The notes beneath the pieces are model-generated. The model did not search any database. It saw only the letters and a program-made list of their open reading frames with translations, and had not been told where the DNA came from. From a virus: a DNA stretch of 64,000 bases. Positions 25,493-34,633 of this stretch are shown piece by piece (position 1 is the first letter of the stretch; each line of letters opens with the position of its first letter). A program made the position numbers and the translations under genes. The stretch lies in IMG/VR virus record IMGVR_UViG_3300043177_000234; one strand, given 5' to 3'.

Positions 25493-25716
25493 TTTACAGC
25501 TCCAGTGTCGCGCAGCTCCTTGTACTTTCCATGATATTCCACCACATCAAAGGCATTCATCAGATCACCAGATACGACCGCAGCAAGCTCTGCGGTTAGA
25601 ATCTTAACTGCTGCAGGGCAAAGTGCTTGGTACATCTGAATCTCGGATTCAAAGTGGCCAGAATTATTGAGCGACTGCAGTAATTCGGCCCTCCTATTGT
25701 AACGAATAGGCATCAC
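25489..25716 (-). CDS. Small hypothetical protein
   Basis: ORF track; 4-nt overlaps on both sides. Confidence 0.55.
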   Translation of the reverse strand: MMPIRYNRRAELLQSLNNSGHFESEIQMYQALCPAAVKILTAELAAVVSGDLMNAFDVVEYHGKYKELRDTGAVN

Positions 25717-26288
25717 TCACCTCTATAACCATGATGGTCGGCTGGCTTCCAGCTTTTCTTTGCCATACGAGCAATCACTTCCTCTAGTGACACTGGGGCG
25801 TATGAGTTGGCATCTACTCCGACATCCATGCTCAGTGCGGTGCGATCATCGGGCAGCGAACCATGACTATGTCCGTATAGGTGAATTGCGCCATGGTGTG
25901 ATTTGTTCCACACGCGCATGGCATAGTGGCACATCACAATCTTTGTGCCGTGCCTAACGCCCTTTTCTGCCGGCAGGTCAAGTTCAAAAAGCTTATGAAC
26001 GGCACGGAAAGCCGCGCGAAATTCCGGCGAATTGAGGCAACCCCTATCATGGTTTCCTTCAATCAAAACCTTATTGCCATTCAGTCGATTGAGAACTCGC
26101 ACAGCGCAGTCGGGCTTGCTGAGCGCAAAGTCCCCTATTACATACACGCAATCGTCATAAGATACTCTGCTGTTCCAATTGCGAATCAGAGCCTCATCCA
26201 TCTCATCTACATTAGAGAATGGTCGATTACAGTATTTGATGATATTGGCGTGACCGAAGTGCAGATCACTCGTGAACCATAGTGCCAT
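25713..26288 (-). CDS. Calcineurin-like metallophosphoesterase
   Basis: SDLHFGH, GDF, GNHD, HLYGHSH. Confidence 0.92.
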   Translation of the reverse strand: MALWFTSDLHFGHANIIKYCNRPFSNVDEMDEALIRNWNSRVSYDDCVYVIGDFALSKPDCAVRVLNRLNGNKVLIEGNHDRGCLNSPEFRAAFRAVHKLFELDLPAEKGVRHGTKIVMCHYAMRVWNKSHHGAIHLYGHSHGSLPDDRTALSMDVGVDANSYAPVSLEEVIARMAKKSWKPADHHGYRGE

Positions 26289-26823
26289 TCAGAAAATTCC
26301 TAATTTCCTCGATGTGAGATGTTGTGAGGCCAATGTCTGAGTCTGGGCAAATTGTGAGTAATCTACCGTGCAGATCGAGGATTCTGCCGTTACGCGCCCA
26401 TTCTTCATGAAATCCATTAGCGTCATCATCGATCCATACCACTTTTCCGCCGGGCTGGGACAGAAATTGTTGCACAGCGCGAGGCTTCCATAAGAAGTCC
26501 TCTGCCGTTCGCCATCCATACATTCCCTCGTAGTGGGGCGGCGGCTTTTCTGCTAGAACTGGGTGCGAAATCCAGTCAAAGTGCAACCCAATGTTGGCAT
26601 GAGCGTGATATCCCCACGTCGTAAGCCAGTGAGTTTTGCACCCTAATCTCTCCAGGGAGTCTCCCATCTGGCGTGATAGATTCAACTTGTAACGACCAGA
26701 TGCTTTTGTGGAGGTGAACTCTGGTTCAAATACCCAGTCTGGAGACCTCGACGGGGAAAACGGGCACGGGTTTACAACTCCGTCTACGTCTAAGAGAATG
26801 TCACCTTTGGTTTGGTTTTCCAA
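26266..26823 (-). CDS. HAD phosphatase resembling the Swiss-army-knife RNA repair HAD family
   Basis: LLDVDGVVNP...WLTTW...VWIDDD. Confidence 0.75.
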   Translation of the reverse strand: MENQTKGDILLDVDGVVNPCPFSPSRSPDWVFEPEFTSTKASGRYKLNLSRQMGDSLERLGCKTHWLTTWGYHAHANIGLHFDWISHPVLAEKPPPHYEGMYGWRTAEDFLWKPRAVQQFLSQPGGKVVWIDDDANGFHEEWARNGRILDLHGRLLTICPDSDIGLTTSHIEEIRNFLNGTMVHE

Positions 26824-26934
26824 AACTCAATGTCCTATCTATAATGTTCTCAGCTACATTTGGTTAGCCGCTACAGAGAACATAGTTCTCTTACTTGATT
26901 CCGGAAATGAGAGGAGTCGCATTCCTCCGTGGAA

Positions 26935-27906
26935 CTAGCGGATAACTCCTCCGCCAATCAACTCATCGTCTCTGTAAACTGCGACAACCTGCCCTGTGCT
27001 TACGATGGTGCCTTCTGCAAGAGCAATATGCCCGCTCCCAATCTCTGAGACTGCGTACTTTTTACCATGATATGCCACCTGCGCTGTCAGCATTCCGGAT
27101 GCTTGGGGCATGTTCCGCCAGAGCACACGAATTTCCCTCGTGACCGGAACCTCCTTGCCAACCAAGATGCGCTTGGTATCCACAGATACAACGGTATCTC
27201 CGCCAAAGCCCTTACGCTGACCAATGGCCGGGCGTCCAGTGTAACGACCAATCTGGATTAGATCGCTGCCGCTTGACCTGACAACTTCACGATCAAAGGA
27301 CGGTAGGAGGTGGTTAAAACACAAGTTCTGTGAATCTGGAGTTGACGCTGTCGATAGTCCAACCTCAGATGCAACTGATCGCACATCGCTCTTATGCATG
27401 TGGCCTAGTGGAGTCAGCCAGAATTTTAGCATCGCTCTGTCAACGAGACTCACCATATATGACTGGTCTTTTTTAGGATCTCGCCCTCGGAAGACGCGCC
27501 CACTATCGTTAATGAAGTAGTGCCCGCTGGCAAAATAATCACATTGGAGAACTTGCCTATAGTAGTTGAATAGCGGAGCGCGCACATCTGCATTGCACGT
27601 TGTGCAGGGGGAAGGTACGCCGCCGGCGGACCATACCTGAATGCTTGGATCAATTACCTTCTTCGTAAAGAGTTGCCGAACATCTGGAGTGTGGAGTGTG
27701 ATGCCCAGCTTATCGCACACACTACGCGCTCGACTGATTGCCGACTCAGCGCAGCATACATAGTCATCACAGTCAGTAGGCTCATTTACTTGCTTGAGAA
27801 GCACGCCCTCCACAAGGAAGCCTTGCTGCTGTAGTAGGTAGGCGGTTACACTGGAATCCACGCCGCCGCTGATACCGACCAAGACTTTGCTCATGCACGA
27901 ATCCAT
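26935..27906 (-). CDS. mnmA: tRNA 2-thiouridylase MnmA
   Basis: SGGVDS PP-loop, PCTTCN, ASGHY, KDQSY, DSQNLCF. Confidence 0.92.
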   Translation of the reverse strand: MDSCMSKVLVGISGGVDSSVTAYLLQQQGFLVEGVLLKQVNEPTDCDDYVCCAESAISRARSVCDKLGITLHTPDVRQLFTKKVIDPSIQVWSAGGVPSPCTTCNADVRAPLFNYYRQVLQCDYFASGHYFINDSGRVFRGRDPKKDQSYMVSLVDRAMLKFWLTPLGHMHKSDVRSVASEVGLSTASTPDSQNLCFNHLLPSFDREVVRSSGSDLIQIGRYTGRPAIGQRKGFGGDTVVSVDTKRILVGKEVPVTREIRVLWRNMPQASGMLTAQVAYHGKKYAVSEIGSGHIALAEGTIVSTGQVVAVYRDDELIGGGVIR

Positions 27907-28298
27907 TTCGGATAGAGTTGACTGGCTATGTGAGTATGAGTGGCGGCTGGTTCTGGAATAATTAATTACTTATCATTTTTACAGAACAGGCAATTGCCGA
28001 AATAGGCAGTTATGTGCCGAGAGCACATGATTCCTATTCCTAGGATGTTTACTGCCCTCCCACCATACAGTAGGGGCTCAGGTTGAAGAGTGTGGTCGAC
28101 CACCGGGAGTCTAATATATGGCTTATCAAGATTCTTTATTGGTTTCTTCATCTTCTAAAGATTCAAAGTCTATATCTGAAAGATGTAGGACTTCCTCACA
28201 TTGTTCATGTGGCATGGCGCAGCATTCAGGACAATGGTATGCGCGGGGGGTGGGGTATATACCAACCTCGGCCAGTGCATGCCTGGCTATATGGTAGG

Positions 28299-28833
28299 TC
28301 AAAGCGCAATTCCTTTGATCTCAGCAAAGATCCTGTTGAATGGGCGCAGTGTGGCGTCATGCACTAAAGTAGTGCACAACTGAAACAGGGGGATATAATG
28401 TTCTTTTGTTTCCTTGAGCTGCTTTGTGCGAAAACCCTCGTCCTCAGGCGGGGATCGCAAATTATCGAGCCTGTCCGCAGCCTTCACAATCATGAATCCA
28501 GGATATTGACTCTCAAACTTCAGATTGTCAATATAGCTATCTTTATCTGTCTTTGTGAGCGACCTCACCCATTCCGCCCGAAAAGTTCTTCTGTAAGTGA
28601 CGACAGGAGCTCTACTTCCTCGGAGTCTTCGATTGAATCGTGCAGAAGTGCTGTGATTATGAGATCGGGGCTGGTAAACCCGGCATCAATTAGAATCAGT
28701 GCCGTTCTGCGCAGATGTTCGAAATATCGGAGTGGTTTGCCATCTGGACCCAGTTCTTTGCGCACCTGACCCTTGTGAAATTTTTAGCAAGAAGATATGC
28801 CTTCTCTACCTTTTGAGCATCAGGGTGAGACAT
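28299..28833 (-). pseudogene. HD-domain protein (RelA/SpoT/Mesh1-type hydrolase fold), two frameshifts
   Basis: Reconstructed AYLLAKNFHKGQVRK...YFEH...ALLHDSIED...VRSLTK...VKAADRLDNLRS. Confidence 0.75.
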
Positions 28834-29130
28834 GATACGGTACACTTTACACATGAATTCTGCGCGATTCATACATCCTCCTATGGCAGCGTAATGAGCA
28901 CCACTTTATTGGTCAAGCGGCTCCTGCGTGGAGTGAATTGGCAAAATCCGTCAGAAGCTCAATTACCGCATGGCGGTTTGCCGCTATATGCGTTTCGCCA
29001 TTTGAAAGCAAAACCATGTAGTCCTGCCCTTGGTGTACTGCCGCAATGTCCTGCCCTCCGCATGTGACGACCCATACCGAGTTTGTGCGTTCACTAAATA
29101 TCAAATCTTCTATAGAGAACATGTTGACTC

Positions 29131-29799
29131 CTAGCTCCGCACAATCAGATCTGCGGGTATGCGCGGTATTCGGGGTTGGCGTGGTTGGTCCGAAAGTGGC
29201 GGAAGAGAAATAAGAAGAAGGTGCAGAAGAAGCCAGAGGGCGACGCCGATGCAGCGTAGCTTCCGACTGGAATCATGGCGCGGTTGGGACAGGTGCGTGG
29301 ACCGAAGCGTGGCGGCGTTTGAGGTCGATTTCGGAAGTTTGCAGGTCGAGGCTACGAGCTTTGGCTGATAGAGGCCGATGAGATTGATGACCTGCTCATA
29401 TCTTGGCTCGTACTCCGATTCGGCCGAGTCCACAAGGTCCGTAGCAAGCTGCCTTGCCCAGATGTCGACCGGCAGCTTGTTCGTCTCCTTAGAGACCTGC
29501 ACTGCCTTTTCCAAGTCGGCTTCGTGCTCAGTCGCTAGGGCTCGGCAAATACGAGCGATGTCATCGATGATGTCTGACTGATGTCTGTCCTTGAACATCT
29601 GGCGTCTGGCGTCCGCAAGCCTCTGGAGCAAAAGCTCTGGGTCAGAGTCCCGGTTCTCGTCGTCCGGCAGGTAGTCGCGTATGGAGCTAGTCATGTGCGG
29701 TGTAGGCCTCACAGGCAACGTGCCGTTCAACCATAGGTTGCCCTTGCCACAAGGTGAACCTATCGTTTCAGAACCGTTGCAGCTTGGTCTTGAAGCCAT
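29131..29799 (-). CDS. Hypothetical protein
   Basis: ORF track; C-terminal half may be frameshifted. Confidence 0.45.
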   Translation of the reverse strand: MASRPSCNGSETIGSPCGKGNLWLNGTLPVRPTPHMTSSIRDYLPDDENRDSDPELLLQRLADARRQMFKDRHQSDIIDDIARICRALATEHEADLEKAVQVSKETNKLPVDIWARQLATDLVDSAESEYEPRYEQVINLIGLYQPKLVASTCKLPKSTSNAATLRSTHLSQPRHDSSRKLRCIGVALWLLLHLLLISLPPLSDQPRQPRIPRIPADLIVRS

Positions 29800-29846
29800 C
29801 CCGTTCTGTATCCATTAGATCTTTGAGCCACTTTTCAGTGGCAAGT

Positions 29847-30314
29847 TCATTTTCTGATGGATGGAAGGTTTTTGGCATCGATCAGCAGCGGCGCAGACAG
29901 AGGGTCGTGGTTGAGCAGGTGCAGCTTGGCTTCTTGAATCCTGTTCTTCACCCAACCGATGTCGGCCTTGAGAATGTCCTTGTTCGGCTGCACGGGCAGC
30001 GGTGCCTCGTCGTTGACCCTCCTCTTACCTGGGGGCTCCTGCGCGCGGATCTCGTCGGCATGGTACTTGGCGTTAACGACGATCTTCACCGCCTTATTTC
30101 TGGCTTCTTCCAGTATTTTGGCGCCCGCGCGTCGACAACGGTCACGTCTCTTCTCAAGGGAGGTCGCTAGCTGCTTCTTTTCCTTCTCTAGCTCTTCGCG
30201 TAGCTTCACGACCTCTGACAGCGAGGCAAGATCGGGAGGCCGAGCATAGAAGGTTGCGATGCAGACGCCCATAGCAGCTAAACCCGCTCTTGGTGCGGTT
30301 GTCGCGCTGGACAA
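29847..30314 (-). CDS. Hypothetical coiled-coil protein
   Basis: ORF track. Confidence 0.45.
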   Translation of the reverse strand: MSSATTAPRAGLAAMGVCIATFYARPPDLASLSEVVKLREELEKEKKQLATSLEKRRDRCRRAGAKILEEARNKAVKIVVNAKYHADEIRAQEPPGKRRVNDEAPLPVQPNKDILKADIGWVKNRIQEAKLHLLNHDPLSAPLLIDAKNLPSIRK

Positions 30315-30439
30315 ACCCGGCAGAAATCACCTTGCCGTGAACGGCCCTTGCTGCGTCGGCGTGCCTGACGGTTGGTGGGAAAATGATCATGGTTTCATTG
30401 CCGAAACCAGCCATCTCGATCAGAACGTATTTCGGGTCA

Positions 30440-30787
30440 TTACCCACGTTGGTTCCGGTCCTGTCGGCTGTTTATGATACTCCGGCACTCCTGACACCAG
30501 GTCGGCATGGCGGCCCATCGAAGGGCGTCGGTCTTGGTCTTGTGCCCCACGCAGGTACCGTGCGTATCGCAAACCGAGAACCACGGAAGCTCCTCAGCCT
30601 CAGACCCGGCACCAGCCTGTTCGGCCGTGCAGACCGTGATTCTGAGGCTGGATGCCCGGCACGTGCGCGTCACGGGCATTTCCCTGAGAAGGGACGCCGC
30701 GTGCTTTACGGCGGGATGCTCGGCCAGCCCACGAGCCGAGGCGTCCTTAATGAACTTTTTTACTGCCTTGATGTCGAGCTTGTCCAT
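30440..30787 (-). CDS. Hypothetical protein
   Basis: ORF track; GAGGT upstream of the start. Confidence 0.55.
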   Translation of the reverse strand: MDKLDIKAVKKFIKDASARGLAEHPAVKHAASLLREMPVTRTCRASSLRITVCTAEQAGAGSEAEELPWFSVCDTHGTCVGHKTKTDALRWAAMPTWCQECRSIINSRQDRNQRG

Positions 30788-30950
30788 ACCTTACCTATAG
30801 GCACCTCATCAGGGTCGTCAAGAGGAGCTTTACTTATTCCTGTTCTTTGGTACGCCTGCACTTTCTCAGCGACCCGCGCCGGCGGTTCCAGTGCTGACCA
30901 GGGTATGCGCGGTATGGTGATGGGAACAACGCAGCGCTGATAATTAATTA

Positions 30951-31169
30951 TCAGAAGTCTGCAGGGGGTCTGCTGCTGTATAAATCCTTATGCCACCCAC
31001 CGCCTTTTAGTTGAAAGGTGGTTTTAGATATTATCTTGGCCATGGAATCCGCCGCCCCACACTTCTCGCAAATATGCGGTGGAGGGTCGGTAAGGCGCTG
31101 AAGTTGCTCAGAAATGTCGTGACACACCAGGCATTCATAATCGAATAGTGGCATAGTTACTCCTATCAA
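30951..31169 (-). CDS. FmdB-family zinc-ribbon protein
   Basis: MPLFDYECLVC...CEKCG...FQLKGGGW. Confidence 0.88.
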   Translation of the reverse strand: MIGVTMPLFDYECLVCHDISEQLQRLTDPPPHICEKCGAADSMAKIISKTTFQLKGGGWHKDLYSSRPPADF

Positions 31170-31208
31170 TAAAACTTGACACTTAAGAAACTTATTCTCG
31201 GAGGAATT

Positions 31209-31652
31209 ATGAGTAATCTGATCAGACTATTAGCCGAAAGTGCCGCAGCCCTGGATAGGGCTGGGATGTTTAAAGAGGCTGATTTGGTTGACGACATGCT
31301 GCGCAGCCTCGCTGCTGATGCGGCTGCTGCCCCAAAAACCGCCAGAGCTTTGCTGGCCGACATGACTCGTCTGGTTGATACATTAAAAGCGGCAGACGTG
31401 GGGGCGAGCGTTGCCATTAAAGCCGTCAAAGATTTACTGGCACAGTTAGATGCAGCCGTTGTCGCTTCTTTTCAGACAAAGAAGGGTGACTCGCGTGTCC
31501 GTATTATGGCTAAGGATGCTTTGAATCGATTCCTTGCTATTGCAAATAGCAATAATGATGCGGCTAATGAAATGTTTCGGCCGATAGTAAAACCTATGGT
31601 CGATGCGTTGCAGATGATGCTTCGGCTACCAGATAACCTAATCTGGTCCTGA
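31209..31652 (+). CDS. Hypothetical protein with N-terminal LDxxGxxxEADxxD motif
   Basis: GGAGG upstream; MSNLIRLLAESAAALDRAGMFKEADLVDDML. Confidence 0.65.
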   Translation: MSNLIRLLAESAAALDRAGMFKEADLVDDMLRSLAADAAAAPKTARALLADMTRLVDTLKAADVGASVAIKAVKDLLAQLDAAVVASFQTKKGDSRVRIMAKDALNRFLAIANSNNDAANEMFRPIVKPMVDALQMMLRLPDNLIWS

Positions 31653-31656
31653 AGAG

Positions 31657-31682
31657 AGCCCGCCTTAGGCGGGCTTCTTATT
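31657..31682. terminator. Intrinsic, probably bidirectional terminator between convergent genes
   Basis: AGCCCGCC-TTA-GGCGGGCT hairpin followed by TCTTATTT. Confidence 0.75.
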
Positions 31683-32255
31683 TGCCGAGCCTTTTCTTTA
31701 AGCTGCTAAATTCAGCTTCATCTCGCTCGCGTTCTCTTTTGGCACGCATCTCATTGGCCTGTCCCTGCAATGCGTGCAGAATCTGATTCTCATCAAAATT
31801 CTATGGGTCAGTAATTTCATAGACTGGGCCGTGGCGAATACCATCCTCCGTAAGGGAGCGGGGTGCGGTCTCCGGATCGCCGTAATTACTAATGATTTCT
31901 GCGGTAAGTAGCTCGGCCAGCGTCGTGCCCTCTGGCACCGTAACAATTTCATAATCTAAACCACATCGGATAGTATAGTCTCAGCCATTGCTTTGTTCTC
32001 TAAAGACGATATATTTTTTCCATTTGTATACCTTAACTGTTGCAGTTAAATGTAAGCTCTGACTCATGCAACCAATATAAATGAGAAGCATCTTTTATTG
32101 AGACGTGAAGCCAAGTTCCGCCCAGGGGTGAGCCAAACCATGTATTCGCAACACTCTCCGTACACGGCATTTTTTGCATAATAACGCACGGATACCCATT
32201 CCATTTCCATGCAGGATGATTCTCAGTTACATTTACCCAGCCAGATGTGTTTGTT

Positions 32256-33254
32256 TTAGACATCTGAAAGTCCAGCTATGGCGCGCGAGGCGGCGCCAAA
32301 AGTTTCGGTGTCGACCCCGAGACTCATCCTAAACCAGCCCGGCATACCACATGCCTCTCCGTCAACAAGGCGTACTTTACTCTCCATCAGTGACCTCTCG
32401 AAAGCCGCCGCCCTCAGTGGCTTAAACCATGCAAACATCCCGGACTTGGCAACCCAACTTTCGCACTGCGGCGCTATAAGATTCTCAAAAGTTAATCTAT
32501 TTTGAGAGAGTGTGTCGGCAGCTGAGTTCAGAATTGCGTTGAATTCCATATTGCCCTGCGGTGTGTGAATATAATTGATTAGCTTGGTGCACTGATTCTG
32601 CGATGTTATTGACACTCCGCTGGTCGATATCTCTACATAGTAGGCCATCGACTCAGCCAAGTTACCATCATTTGATGCGGCCAGACCAACTCTAAGTCCG
32701 GAGATCCCAAACAGCTTTGCGAAGGAGAGTACAACAACATCGCAGTCGGGAGTAGCGCCGTTGAACCCATAGAGAGGGGAGGCGTATGCTGCATCCCATA
32801 AGTAGCACTTAGTATCAGCGAATTGAGTGCCATCGGGATTATTTGGACTGGTAATTGCTACAACGGTTGACTCGCCCTCCCCCTCAGAGGAAAATTGGAG
32901 ACCGATTTGATATGCCAACGTAGGGTAACTGGGCCAGTACGGGGCTCTATGTACAAGTCTTTTTGCTCTGCGAACTTCGCCGGCCACATAAAGCGCAGCT
33001 AATATTGCCTGCTTAGCGCCGTTGGTAATTACTATATGTTTATATGACTTAACAAGATCGATCTGACGAACGGCTTCTATAAGGCCGGGTACGCCCCCGA
33101 ATGGAGGGTATTCTAGGTCTGTCAGCGGAGCTGTGCATGAAGAGAGGATTGAGCTTTTAAGCAGCTCCTCTTGAAGAAATCTCGGTTCACTAACGGCTAA
33201 ATTGATTGCGTTGGGATCTGAAATCTTCGCCATCTGCCAGTCGCTAGTTGACAC
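32256..33254 (-). CDS. PLP-dependent aminotransferase, class I/II
   Basis: TNGAKQA, SPNNPDG, DAAY, SFAKLFGISGLRVG. Confidence 0.88.
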   Translation of the reverse strand: MSTSDWQMAKISDPNAINLAVSEPRFLQEELLKSSILSSCTAPLTDLEYPPFGGVPGLIEAVRQIDLVKSYKHIVITNGAKQAILAALYVAGEVRRAKRLVHRAPYWPSYPTLAYQIGLQFSSEGEGESTVVAITSPNNPDGTQFADTKCYLWDAAYASPLYGFNGATPDCDVVVLSFAKLFGISGLRVGLAASNDGNLAESMAYYVEISTSGVSITSQNQCTKLINYIHTPQGNMEFNAILNSAADTLSQNRLTFENLIAPQCESWVAKSGMFAWFKPLRAAAFERSLMESKVRLVDGEACGMPGWFRMSLGVDTETFGAASRAIAGLSDV

Positions 33255-33265
33255 ACTACCTCGTA

Positions 33266-33597
33266 CTAGTTTATTCTGCGATATTCTATTACTAGACCCG
33301 CAGCTCTCGCAGCATCGATGCCGTACTGCATGCCCTTTGAAATGCCAAAATCTTCATATACAACACTAGCTTCAACTACCTTGCGCCAAGCCAAGCCGGC
33401 ATCTATACCCACTGACGTTCGGAAGGAACATTGTCATCCGGTATGCCTGGTTGGGTATACAGGAGGTGACTCGCTATCGGCGCTTCGCCACGAGCAGGGG
33501 AATCTCTTACGCGCCGGCGTGCATACTCAATATTTCGCTCTACGTCGCCAGCGTACGGGCTCTCGATAATAACTAGCCCCACATTTATCTCCGACAT
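33266..33597 (-). CDS. Conserved phage hypothetical protein, frameshifted
   Basis: VIIESPYAGDVERNIEYAR...PIASHLLY then GLAWRKVVEASVVY...GISKGMQYG. Confidence 0.65.
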
Positions 33598-34082
33598 TGG
33601 GGATAAGCCAAATACTCGCCCGGAATGTATGCCATATCCAGCTTATTCTTGAATTTTATTAAATAGAATGTCTTTGCTTTACTTGGAATATTTACAGTAT
33701 GTATTACTTCGCCTAATTTAAATATGTGTCCAATAATAAGATTATCTATGTCAGATCCTAAAGTTAATCTCTGAACTACTACACGTTCATCTTTAGTGAA
33801 TCCAATATCGGGCAAGGCTCTCGGGCGGTCGGTTAGCGCTACGAATTGAGCATTAAGATTATCTTCTAGAATAGAGCGGGCTCCCATGTGTTCGTCTGGT
33901 ATTGAGATTTTACGGCGGAGCTTCTCATTATTTCCGGCACGCCATCCCGCTCTCCACATGTCGTTGCAAAGCTGTGAAAGCTTTTTCGTATCCTCATCCT
34001 TGCCCCACACAAACGGTCCACCTGGATTTGAATTCCATCCCCATCGGTCCATCCACAAAAGGCCGGAGCAGAATCCCGACAT
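33585..34082 (-). CDS. Hypothetical protein
   Basis: ORF track. Confidence 0.5.
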   Translation of the reverse strand: MSGFCSGLLWMDRWGWNSNPGGPFVWGKDEDTKKLSQLCNDMWRAGWRAGNNEKLRRKISIPDEHMGARSILEDNLNAQFVALTDRPRALPDIGFTKDERVVVQRLTLGSDIDNLIIGHIFKLGEVIHTVNIPSKAKTFYLIKFKNKLDMAYIPGEYLAYPQCRR

Positions 34083-34222
34083 ATAGTTCTGGACTAGAGC
34101 AGACTCATTGCTAACCTCTCGCGCCGCGAGCGCTCTCTAGTAATCTGCGCCTGCAGTGCATCAAGCTCGGCGGATGATAATGTTTCAAGTGCTAAGGTCA
34201 TACTGACTCCGTGCGCATAGAA

Positions 34223-34587
34223 TGGTGGAGGTGATGGGACTCGAACCCATGTCCATAAGATATATTATCGAAAGACTTCTACACACTTAGCTCTCTGCTT
34301 GTACTGCCGGGGATCGAACAGGAGCATTCGATACTCGGAGGTGCTGACTATTACTACCAATCACCCTGTCAGCTAAATGATTGGAGGTATGGAATCTATC
34401 TCTACCAGCAGTCACCATACTTCCTACTGGCATCAGCTACCGCTAGGCGATCAGGCCGCGAGAGCTACTGGTGCAAACTCAACATTGTCGTTGGCGTTTG
34501 TATGTTGCCGCAGTTTTTAAAGAGGGCCGCGACTTCCCCTGTGTGCCGTCATCCAACTCAATCCCATGTCGAAACCAAGACACCCCC
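34223..34587 (-). ncRNA. ssrA: tmRNA, tag ANDNVEFAPVALAA*
   Basis: 5' GGGGGTG...TTCGAC; tag ORF GCCAACGACAAT...GCGGCCTGA; 3' GGGTTCGAGTCCCATCACCTCCACCA; G3:U70. Confidence 0.97.
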
Positions 34588-34633
34588 GTAAAATACACTG
34601 GGCTACCGGCACATTAGACGCCGGGTTATTTTC

